A stretch of DNA of 64,000 nt from Alphaproteobacteria bacterium (GTDB taxonomy: Bacteria; Pseudomonadota; Alphaproteobacteria; RF32; CAG-239). Position numbers and translations under genes: made by a program. The notes under the pieces were generated by a model. That model made no database searches. It was not told where the DNA came from and worked only from the letters and a program-made list of their open reading frames with translations. Where the stretch lies: contig JAZNJJ010000023.1 in assembly GCA_045577985.1 (NCBI GenBank), positions 1,986 through 65,985 of the forward strand, written 5' to 3'. This document shows, in pieces, positions 35,210-42,677 of the stretch; the first letter of the stretch is position 1; the number at the start of each line of letters is the position of its first letter.

Positions 35210-36859
35210 CTATTTTACAGTATAGGTAAGCATGATCGATCCGTCATAGAAAATAAGAGGGGATACAGATATACTAACATCATCATCTCGAATAAGATTA
35301 AACTTTCGACTATCCATAATATTTGAGAGCATACTCTTTTTGAAATTTTCCCAATCATCTATATTTGAAAAAAATAATTTTTGATATGATATTATCTTAT
35401 CTAATTTAGGCTCATCTTGGACTTTTTCAAAATCTAAACTCCATAGTTTGAGAAAAGATCGGTTATAAAATTTTAAACGCTGATTAGCTCCGAAAATCAC
35501 AACCGAATCACTTAAATTATCTAAAATATTTTGTTGCATAGATGTTAAATCGTTCAGACGTCGCATAGTTGCCAATCTATCAGATACGTCTTCAAAAGCA
35601 AATATAACCCCATTAGGATGAGGTGTACGTAAACGACGAATCGTCCTACCATCAGGCAAATGTAATAAATCCTCTTTAGTTTCCAACAAAACCTTAAAGA
35701 CATCTGTTTCGTCTTCTTTGTAAGCTTTGAAATCAGGAACAGGTGGAAGCATTTTATGCTCTCGAATGGTTTCGATAAATTGCAGATATGTAGGAGCCTT
35801 ATCTAGGAATTCACTATCTAATCCCCACAAATTACGAAATGAAGTATTATAAAAATATAATTTCATCTTATTATCAAAAATTGCAAAGGCAGTTCCTAGT
35901 ACACCAAGCACTTCAAGGTGATTATTTTGATTTATCTTAAATCCTCGTTTTGCCTTTTCCAATTCGGTATTATCAATCAAATAACCAACCGTTCCTATCT
36001 TATCTAACGAATCGCCTATAAAGTAAGGTTTTTCACGAAGTTCAAAATTAAATAGTTCTCCATTTCTGACAATATTCAGAGATTTCTTTTGCATTTTTTT
36101 ACTTTTTTGAGCTTGCATGGCTAAATTCTTTGCCACGGGATCTCCCTTGTTATTGCTAATTTCTATAGATTTTTCAATTACGTCCGTTTTATTAGATTGG
36201 CCAGTATATTCCAAATATTTTTTATTTATAGCCAAAAGCTCCAAATTTTCATCTCGTAGCCATACAGGATAATTAAGGCTGTCCAGCATATTTTCTAAGC
36301 GAAGCGATGCATTATGAATATTTATCTTTTCTTTTTCTAAATCGGCAATATGCTGAGCTTGTGCGGTTATTTCTCTAAACCATATAATATCGCAATACAA
36401 ATTATTATCTATACCATGAACTCGATTACCATAAACACAAATAAAACGAGTTCCGCCTTTTAAGCGCAACATATCTTCAAATGCAATACCCTCTTGTTGC
36501 AACAAGGTAGCGTATTTTTTTAATAATTTAGCATCGTCTTTCATAAAAGAATCGGCTATAGAGGCAAATGATGAGGCAGTTCCATCTTTTAAATTTAATA
36601 GAACAGACAATCTGCGAGAACATTTTTCCATTATATTTTTTTGAGGATCCTTAACCTTTTGATCAGGATATACAAAACAGAAAAAACCGTCTTTAGCTGA
36701 AAATAAAAGCTCATTACAACGTTCTCTATCACGTTTAATAAAGTATATTTTGCGACGATATTTGTATATTTTGAGTTGCATCACAACAATAACGCAAATA
36801 AGCACGACTTCTAGCAACATGCTAAATATTATAATCTCTTTTAATAATTCATTATTCAT
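35210..36859 (-). CDS. Membrane-anchored multi-PAS domain protein with no recognisable kinase core
   Basis: It has an N-terminal TM helix and repeated PAS-like modules (..YFYNTSFRNLWGLDSEFL.., ..KFYNRSFLKLWSLDFEKV.., FAFEDVSDRL). No H-box or N/G1/G2 boxes occur before the stop. Confidence 0.7.
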   Translation of the reverse strand: MNNELLKEIIIFSMLLEVVLICVIVVMQLKIYKYRRKIYFIKRDRERCNELLFSAKDGFFCFVYPDQKVKDPQKNIMEKCSRRLSVLLNLKDGTASSFASIADSFMKDDAKLLKKYATLLQQEGIAFEDMLRLKGGTRFICVYGNRVHGIDNNLYCDIIWFREITAQAQHIADLEKEKINIHNASLRLENMLDSLNYPVWLRDENLELLAINKKYLEYTGQSNKTDVIEKSIEISNNKGDPVAKNLAMQAQKSKKMQKKSLNIVRNGELFNFELREKPYFIGDSLDKIGTVGYLIDNTELEKAKRGFKINQNNHLEVLGVLGTAFAIFDNKMKLYFYNTSFRNLWGLDSEFLDKAPTYLQFIETIREHKMLPPVPDFKAYKEDETDVFKVLLETKEDLLHLPDGRTIRRLRTPHPNGVIFAFEDVSDRLATMRRLNDLTSMQQNILDNLSDSVVIFGANQRLKFYNRSFLKLWSLDFEKVQDEPKLDKIISYQKLFFSNIDDWENFKKSMLSNIMDSRKFNLIRDDDVSISVSPLIFYDGSIMLTYTVK

Positions 36860-36956
36860 TGATTTTTTTGCTTCATAAAAAAATGTTTGCCCTATTAATG
36901 ATTTTATATTATATAAGTAAAAATTAGCAACGGATTTTTTTTAAAGGTTGATAAAT

Positions 36957-37616
36957 ATGTATACTCTTGCTTTTGATACGACAGCAAACAGTTGTTCCAT
37001 TGCATTATTGAACGATACTTATGTTATTAGCAAATATGATGAAGAAATGGACTTCGGACAAGCTGAAGTTTTATTACCGCAAATTGAAAAAATGCTAAAA
37101 GATAAAAATTTGATATTTGCAAATATCGGACTTTTAGCAGTATGTGTAGGTCCCGGTTCTTTTACCGGTGTCCGCTCTTCAATTGCTTGTGCTAGAGCGT
37201 TGTCTTTGGCTCAGCCACAAATGGCAATTACCGGCGTTTCGGCTTTTGAAGCTTATGTTCATTCACTGGATATATCGGAATTAACTGATTATAATGCAGT
37301 TATTATCGAGACCAAACGTGAAGACTTCTATTTCCAGTTGTTTAATGGCAAAATGGAAAAACTGTGCGATGCTCAAGCATTGAAATATGAAGATATCATT
37401 GATATATTGAAGGGAAAAAATATTACCTTGATTGGTAATGGTGTGGAAAGATTTTTGGATAAACCGAGTGGATTGAACTTACACACAATACGAATGGACA
37501 GATCAGCTTCAATTTCTGATTTAGCCGCTTGTGCAATCCAAAAATATAAATCAAAAAAACTTAATTTTCCGAAGCCTTTGTATTTAAGAGCTCCGGATGT
37601 TTGTGTAAAATCTTAA
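36957..37616 (+). CDS. tsaB: tRNA threonylcarbamoyladenosine biosynthesis protein TsaB
   Basis: MYTLAFDTTANSCSIALL.. and VCVGPGSFTGVRSSIACARALSLA. I moved the start from the TTG at 36948 to the ATG at 36957. Confidence 0.85.
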   Translation: MYTLAFDTTANSCSIALLNDTYVISKYDEEMDFGQAEVLLPQIEKMLKDKNLIFANIGLLAVCVGPGSFTGVRSSIACARALSLAQPQMAITGVSAFEAYVHSLDISELTDYNAVIIETKREDFYFQLFNGKMEKLCDAQALKYEDIIDILKGKNITLIGNGVERFLDKPSGLNLHTIRMDRSASISDLAACAIQKYKSKKLNFPKPLYLRAPDVCVKS

Positions 37617-37696
37617 AAATTGTATGGATATATTTGAAATAAGAGTGTATCAAAAAGAAAGAATTTTATTTTAACTTGTTTTTATGTGAGGAAAAA

Positions 37697-37978
37697 GTGA
37701 CTAGATCTGAATTAACAGAAAGAATTGCAGCAAAAATGCCTAATTTAACTATTAAAGATATTGAAAATATCGTAAATGTTATTTTTGATAAACTTACATC
37801 TGCTTTGGTAGCTGGTGATAGAGTTGAGCTTCGTGGCTTTGGGGCATTTTCTATTAGAACAAGAAAACCAAGAATTGCTATCAATCCAAAAAATAAAAAA
37901 AGAGTAGAAGTACCTACAAAAAATATTGTTCACTTCAAAACCGGTAAAGAATTACACGATAGATTGAATGCAAAATAG
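37697..37978 (+). CDS. ihfB: Integration host factor subunit beta
   Basis: (M)TRSELTERIAAKMPNL..GDRVELRGFGAFSIRTRKPRIAINPKN..VHFKTGKELHDRLN. GTG start at 37697 after GAGGAAAAA. Confidence 0.85.
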   Translation: MTRSELTERIAAKMPNLTIKDIENIVNVIFDKLTSALVAGDRVELRGFGAFSIRTRKPRIAINPKNKKRVEVPTKNIVHFKTGKELHDRLNAK

Positions 37979-38005
37979 TATGATTTTTTAATAAGGAGAT
38001 ATATT

Positions 38006-38434
38006 ATGAAGCTTCTTAGATACATCTTTGAATTGCCTCTGATTTGCATAGTTGTTTGGGCTATATACAATGTAAGCACTTCAAATGAAGGTATTATCTT
38101 TTTGCTTTGGCCTAAAGATACAGAAGTTCATGCTAATACTAAATTAGTACTGTTTGTTTGTATCTTTATAGGATATTTATGGGGCAAAATAAACGCATGG
38201 TTTAAATATTCTCCTTTGCGTCGAGATTTAAGACAACAGAAAAAAGCAAATAAAGTTCTTAATAAGGAACATGAAAAGCTTAATGAGACTGTTAGTGGCT
38301 TAAAACAAAATATTATTGGTTTGCAAGAGAAAGCTAAAACATTAGTTGCTGAAAATAATGAAGCAAAAAAAGGAAAAATCAGTTTATGGATTGAAAACCT
38401 AAAAAATAAATTTACGACAAAGAAAGGAATATAA
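38006..38434 (+). CDS. LapA-like (DUF1049) inner-membrane protein
   Basis: Two N-terminal TM helices followed by a coiled coil. It lies immediately downstream of ihfB, as lapA homologues do in many proteobacteria. Confidence 0.5.
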   Translation: MKLLRYIFELPLICIVVWAIYNVSTSNEGIIFLLWPKDTEVHANTKLVLFVCIFIGYLWGKINAWFKYSPLRRDLRQQKKANKVLNKEHEKLNETVSGLKQNIIGLQEKAKTLVAENNEAKKGKISLWIENLKNKFTTKKGI

Positions 38435-38439
38435 TTAGA

Positions 38440-39294
38440 ATGAACTGGTTAACAGATATTGTTCGTCCGAAAATTCAAAAAACAACTCCAAAAGAAATTG
38501 CCGATAATTTATGGGTTAGATGTCCAAATTGTAATCAGATGCTTTTTTCTAAGGAGTTAAAAGAATCTCGTTATGTTTGTACCTCTTGCGGTCATCATTT
38601 AAGATTATATGTAGAAAAGCGTTTTAAAATGCTTTTTGATGGTGGTATGTATACTTTAGTAAAGCTACCTGTTGTTCAAGATGATCCGCTCAGATTTAAG
38701 GATGTACAAAAGTATAGTGATAGATTAAAAAACAATCGTAAAAAAACAGGTTGTCAAGATGCTATACAAGTAGCTAGAGGAAAAATCGGCGGTGTAGACA
38801 GTGTTGTAGCAGCAATGGACTTCTCTTTTATGGGTGGTTCAATGGGAATTGCTGTGGGTGAAGGAATTGTTAAAGCAGCCAAGTTAGCTCTTGAAAGTAG
38901 AGAACCTTTGATTACTGTAGCGGCGTCCGGAGGAGCCAGAATGCAGGAAGGTATGTTATCTTTAATGCAAATGGCTAGAACAACGGCTGCTATTAATGAG
39001 TTAAAAGAATCAGGACTTCCGTATATTTCTATTTTAACAGATCCCACAACAGGGGGTGTTTCGGCCTCATTTGCAATGCTTGGAGATGTTAATATTGCGG
39101 AAAAAGGATGTTTGATTGGTTTTGCAGGTCAGAGAGTGATTGAGCAAACTATCAGAGAAAAACTTCCTGAAGGATTTCAACGAGCTGAATATTTGTTAGA
39201 ACATGGAATGGTTGATATTGTTGTTGAACGCTCAAAAATGAAAGAAGAGTTGGTTAAAGTTTTGAATATTCTGACAGCAAATATCAAAAAATAA
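38440..39294 (+). CDS. accD: Acetyl-CoA carboxylase carboxyltransferase beta subunit
   Basis: Zinc ribbon CPNCNQ..CTSCGHH and GGSMG..GGARMQEG motifs. Confidence 0.95.
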   Translation: MNWLTDIVRPKIQKTTPKEIADNLWVRCPNCNQMLFSKELKESRYVCTSCGHHLRLYVEKRFKMLFDGGMYTLVKLPVVQDDPLRFKDVQKYSDRLKNNRKKTGCQDAIQVARGKIGGVDSVVAAMDFSFMGGSMGIAVGEGIVKAAKLALESREPLITVAASGGARMQEGMLSLMQMARTTAAINELKESGLPYISILTDPTTGGVSASFAMLGDVNIAEKGCLIGFAGQRVIEQTIREKLPEGFQRAEYLLEHGMVDIVVERSKMKEELVKVLNILTANIKK

Positions 39295-39332
39295 ATAAAA
39301 AAAGCTCCTCAAATGGGGAGTTTTTTTTATTA

Positions 39333-39361
39333 TTGACTCAGTATGTTTTATTAAATATCAT
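39333..39361 (+). promoter_or_regulatory. Sigma70-like promoter, TTGACT-N17-TATCAT
   Basis: ttgact at 39333-39338 and tatcat at 39356-39361, upstream of the 39398 gene. Confidence 0.4.
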
Positions 39362-39397
39362 GAAACCCATTTTTGTATAATTATAAATTTTTTGTGT

Positions 39398-40264
39398 ATG
39401 GATTATGAATTTTTTGAAAAAACAGGACTTGTCTTGCAGACACAAGGCACCCGAAAATCTTTATTTAGATATAAAGACTTGGGCATAAAATTATCTCCAG
39501 TTCCCTTTGCCCAAAATGCATATTCTATTGATGTATATGAAGATGCAAATTTGATAGTTTGTGATGCAAGATATAATACTCTTGATGGAACATTGATAGA
39601 TTTTCACACAGATACTCATCCAATTAGTATTATTAAGTTGAAAGAAAATTGGCTGATATTAACTGAAAATTCTCTTTTTACCAAAAATAACATTAACTGT
39701 TTCATTTGGAGTGGCGCAAATATCTTACTATCTATGGGTGATCTCAAATCTGTTGTTCATTCTGACAAATATGTTGCAATGCTACGTCAAAATGAATGCC
39801 ATGTATATGACTATAATGCAAATAGATTAAGTAGGTTTCCTATTTTAGAAAATGAGCAAGTATTTATATACGGAGATCTAATTTATTGTAAAGCGTTGGG
39901 CAATTCATCATTAAGAAGTATTTCTAAAGACGAATTGTTGAAATCTAATCAGTTTTTGCTTGTATGTAGCAAAAAAGCTAATGGTTTTGCAATGTGCTCA
40001 TCTCTCAACAAAAAAGATATTGAGATTTATTATGACAAAACCTGGAGAACTGTTGAAAATGTTGCTTCATTTGGCTTGGTAGATAGTATTTCTGACGAAT
40101 TGGAATTATACTATATTGAACGAAATGGAAAGTTTTTTATTTATCATTTTAATGGCAATAGAGTATACAGCCAATTTGAAAATGGTCTTGATTATTTTAA
40201 GTACAATCCTAAAAACGGAACACTTTTTATAATCGCTGATGGTTTACCATATGTCTTAATTTAG
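39398..40264 (+). CDS. Hypothetical protein, tandem paralogue 1 (288 aa)
   Basis: I moved the start to the ATG at 39398. It shares blocks with the next gene (PV.FAQNA..I.VYED..L and ..GKFFIYHFNG..) and has its own promoter and terminator. Confidence 0.6.
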   Translation: MDYEFFEKTGLVLQTQGTRKSLFRYKDLGIKLSPVPFAQNAYSIDVYEDANLIVCDARYNTLDGTLIDFHTDTHPISIIKLKENWLILTENSLFTKNNINCFIWSGANILLSMGDLKSVVHSDKYVAMLRQNECHVYDYNANRLSRFPILENEQVFIYGDLIYCKALGNSSLRSISKDELLKSNQFLLVCSKKANGFAMCSSLNKKDIEIYYDKTWRTVENVASFGLVDSISDELELYYIERNGKFFIYHFNGNRVYSQFENGLDYFKYNPKNGTLFIIADGLPYVLI

Positions 40265-40271
40265 TAACAGC

Positions 40272-40301
40272 AAAGCCCGTAGATTAATCTACGGGCTTTT
40301 T
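40272..40301 (+). terminator. Strong rho-independent terminator
   Basis: aaagcccgtagat-ta-atctacgggcttt (13-bp stem) followed by Ts. Confidence 0.8.
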
Positions 40302-40303
40302 AG

Positions 40304-40331
40304 TTGACAAAAAAAATAAAAATGATATGAT
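40304..40331 (+). promoter_or_regulatory. Sigma70-like promoter, TTGACA-N16-TATGAT
   Basis: ttgaca at 40304-40309 and tatgat at 40326-40331, upstream of the 40367 gene. Confidence 0.4.
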
Positions 40332-40366
40332 ACCCACGATATCTTAATTATTTAAAAACTATTAGT

Positions 40367-41290
40367 ATGGTAAACAAATTTTTCAAAAATCGCCACTTGC
40401 TTCTCATGGGAAAATTCAGTGGACAGTTTTCGTTGTTTAAGACAAATGTATACGGCAAGGTTTTAGAACCTGTTGAATATGCACAAAATGCCAAAAAGAT
40501 TACAGTGTTTGAAGATGTTCATCTGGTTGCTGTAGATGAATGTTTGTATATGATAGACACAGGGCACTGTATTTGTGTATGCGACGTTCCTCACAAGCAG
40601 ATACGATGTAGTATTGTTGGGAGCAATGCTCTGATTGAAATGCATCGCCCTGAGGGTTTTGGCGAACCCGCATGTTATCTGATGATTTGGGATGGCAAAA
40701 ATATCATATTCAATACTAGTGCTGAAAAAGTACTCTCGTACAATGGTTATTTTACTATCCAAAAAGACGGAGAGTGGATACTTTATTCCGGAAACGGACA
40801 AATTGTGGCAAAAATGCCGGTTACCAGTACAACTGAACTTCCGCGTGTATCAAATGATTCGCTGATCATTCCGAAAGATGGAGAGTATGTTATTGCTAGT
40901 ATGTTAGCGGTGAAAGACAATCGCTTTACTGGACGAACAGCCTCAAAAGTGTGCTCATCATCTGAGTTGCAGTTCTTCATCTACAGGAATCTATCTGGTA
41001 GTGTGGTAACTTCTTTCTTTGAAGAAGAAAGTTGTATCGGTGGCGAAGAAATTGAGGATTTCGGCATTGTGCATGAAAAGTTAACCTTTTATTTTACCAA
41101 AAAAGGAGGAAAGTATTTTCTTTATCACTTTGGAGGTGCTCCTTATGATGGAAAAACAGACGAGTTCGGCAATGCTTTTGCTTTTGATTCTCTCAATGCA
41201 AAAAGCGTTCTCGATGACCCCGATACTGTTATTCTTGCAACCTCAGTTGACGGGGAATTGTCTATCTTACAATTCGGCACAAATCCTTAA
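40367..41290 (+). CDS. Hypothetical protein, tandem paralogue 2 (307 aa)
   Basis: Its similarity to the 39398 gene is PVEYAQNAKKITVFEDVHLVAVDE versus PVPFAQNAYSIDVYEDANLIVCDA, and GGKYFLYHFGG versus NGKFFIYHFNG. Confidence 0.6.
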   Translation: MVNKFFKNRHLLLMGKFSGQFSLFKTNVYGKVLEPVEYAQNAKKITVFEDVHLVAVDECLYMIDTGHCICVCDVPHKQIRCSIVGSNALIEMHRPEGFGEPACYLMIWDGKNIIFNTSAEKVLSYNGYFTIQKDGEWILYSGNGQIVAKMPVTSTTELPRVSNDSLIIPKDGEYVIASMLAVKDNRFTGRTASKVCSSSELQFFIYRNLSGSVVTSFFEEESCIGGEEIEDFGIVHEKLTFYFTKKGGKYFLYHFGGAPYDGKTDEFGNAFAFDSLNAKSVLDDPDTVILATSVDGELSILQFGTNP

Positions 41291-41303
41291 TCATTCTAAA
41301 ATT

Positions 41304-41329
41304 AAAGCACCCTATTGGGTGCTTTTTTC
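41304..41329 (+). terminator. Rho-independent terminator
   Basis: aaagcaccc-tatt-gggtgcttt followed by Ts. Confidence 0.75.
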
Positions 41330-41460
41330 TTGATTATATGTAGAAAAACAAAACATTGCCACAATGCCTCTTGGCATTGAAATAAAGAAACAAGATGTGA
41401 GAGAAAATGAGACCTATTTTGATTTTTTATGAAATTTAACATCTAAAATGAATAAAAAAG

Positions 41461-41533
41461 TTCGAGCCCATTGATGAAACATCAAAAAAAACGCCCCTAC
41501 TTGGGGCGATTTTTTGGCTGCTTCACCTGGACT
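41461..41533. repeat. Direct repeat copy 1: the 54-56 nt flank downstream of tRNA-Gln (two hairpins) plus the last 19 nt of the tRNA
   Basis: ttcgagcccattgatgaaacatcaaaaaaaacgcccctacttggggcgattttttggctgcttcacctggact. It nearly matches 41614-41684, with 2 substitutions and a 2-nt A-run length difference. Confidence 0.85.
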
Positions 41534-41613
41534 TATTGAGCATTCTGCTCAATGATCTTACCACTTCGTTATCACGTCTTTGACGTGATACTTGTGATGC
41601 GATTCCGAATTGG

Positions 41614-41684
41614 TTCGAGCCCATTGATGAAACATCAAAAAACGCCCCTACTCGGGGCGGTTTTTTGGCTGCTTCACCTGGACT
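41614..41684. repeat. Direct repeat copy 2, which overlaps the 3' end of the intact tRNA-Gln
   Basis: ttcgagcccattgatgaaacatcaaaaaacgcccctactcggggcggttttttggctgcttcacctggact. Confidence 0.85.
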
Positions 41685-41739
41685 CGAACCAAGATTGACG
41701 GAGTCAGAATCCGCTGTCCTACCATTAGACGATGAAGCA
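41666..41739 (-). tRNA. tRNA-Gln (anticodon CUG)
   Basis: The reverse complement TGCTTCA-TC-GTCT-AATGGTA-GGAC-A-GCGGA-TTCTGAC-TCCGT-CAAT-CTTGG-TTCGAGT-CCAGG-TGAAGCA-G-CCA folds as a 74-nt cloverleaf. Confidence 0.88.
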
Positions 41740-41760
41740 ATTGTTGCAAAATACAAAATG

Positions 41761-41789
41761 TTAATAAGGCAAAAAATATTCATTGTCAA
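41761..41789 (-). promoter_or_regulatory. Sigma70-like promoter for tRNA-Gln, TTGACA-N17-TATTAA on the minus strand
   Basis: On the plus strand, tgtcaa at 41784-41789 and ttaata at 41761-41766. It lies about 20 nt upstream of the mature 5' end. Confidence 0.4.
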
Positions 41790-41858
41790 ATATTTTTATA
41801 TAAATTAGCACTTCACAAATCATTTTTTTATGATAAATTATTGCTAAGGAGAATTTTT

Positions 41859-42239
41859 ATGAAAAATAAATCTTTTTTACAAAATTTATGGAATTTTATT
41901 TCCGGTAATGATGATGGTTCATTGACTGAACAAATTTCAGCAAAAGAAGCTATTGAAATTCAAAAAAAATATATTGCTCATAAATGTGATGCAACATTGC
42001 CTCCTAATACACCTCCTTATATTGAAATTGCTAAGCAATTGTTTTCTGAAAAAAATGAAGTGTTTATTGCTTCTGTTTATTATCTGGAAAGAATTGCCGT
42101 AAATGAAACAAAATACGTTGAACCAATCGTGGAGTTATTAAAACATTATCTGAAAATTTCTACTCGCTCGGATGATGATAAAAGATTTTTAAAACAACGT
42201 ATTCATCAAATTGAAAAACATAATACCCCATTATCCTAA
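41859..42239 (+). CDS. Hypothetical protein of 126 aa
   Basis: I moved the start to the ATG at 41859, which follows AAGGAG. No family is recognised. Confidence 0.55.
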   Translation: MKNKSFLQNLWNFISGNDDGSLTEQISAKEAIEIQKKYIAHKCDATLPPNTPPYIEIAKQLFSEKNEVFIASVYYLERIAVNETKYVEPIVELLKHYLKISTRSDDDKRFLKQRIHQIEKHNTPLS

Positions 42240-42361
42240 TTCTACTAATGGTTGAATTTTTTTCTTGACTATTAAAAACATTATAATATAAAATACACCT
42301 AGTACGGGAAAAATTTTATATATATCACCCGCTGTTTTTTTGTTTTTTTATGGAGGTTGTT

Positions 42362-42565
42362 ATGTCTACAGGTACAGTTAAATGGTATAATACACAAAAA
42401 GGATATGGTTTTATAATGCCTTCAACAGGCGGAAAAGATATTTTTGTGCATGCTACTAAATTAGAAGAAAAAGGTATTCGCCGTCTTTATGAAGGACAAC
42501 GTGTAAGCTATGAAGCTTATGATGATAGAGGGCGAATTGCAGCCGGAAGTATTGTGTTGCTTTAA
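42362..42565 (+). CDS. cspA: Cold-shock protein of the CspA family
   Basis: MSTGTVKWYNTQKGYGFIMP..DIFVHAT carries the RNP1/RNP2 motifs. The ATG at 42362 follows GGAGG. Confidence 0.92.
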   Translation: MSTGTVKWYNTQKGYGFIMPSTGGKDIFVHATKLEEKGIRRLYEGQRVSYEAYDDRGRIAAGSIVLL

Positions 42566-42588
42566 TTTATTTCAGCTCATTGTTTTTC

Positions 42589-42619
42589 AGCCATCTTTAA
42601 ATAAAGGTGGCTTTTTTTA
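42589..42619 (+). terminator. Terminator after cspA
   Basis: agccatcttta..taaaggtggct stem followed by T7. Confidence 0.7.
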
Positions 42620-42626
42620 TAAAATA

Positions 42627-42660
42627 AAAGCATACAGAAAATCATATCTGTATGCTTTTT
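42627..42660 (-). terminator. Terminator after the 1244-aa gene (the hairpin is usable in both directions)
   Basis: aaaagcatacag..ctgtatgctttt 12-bp stem, 17 nt beyond the stop at 42678. Confidence 0.7.
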
Positions 42661-42677
42661 AGTATAATGCTTAAAGA

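Noticed and set aside
41523-41789. An 88-aa minus-strand ORF in the track.
   Set aside because: It runs through tRNA-Gln, its promoter and the duplicated 3'-end and terminator repeat. It is a chance ORF over RNA and repeat sequence.
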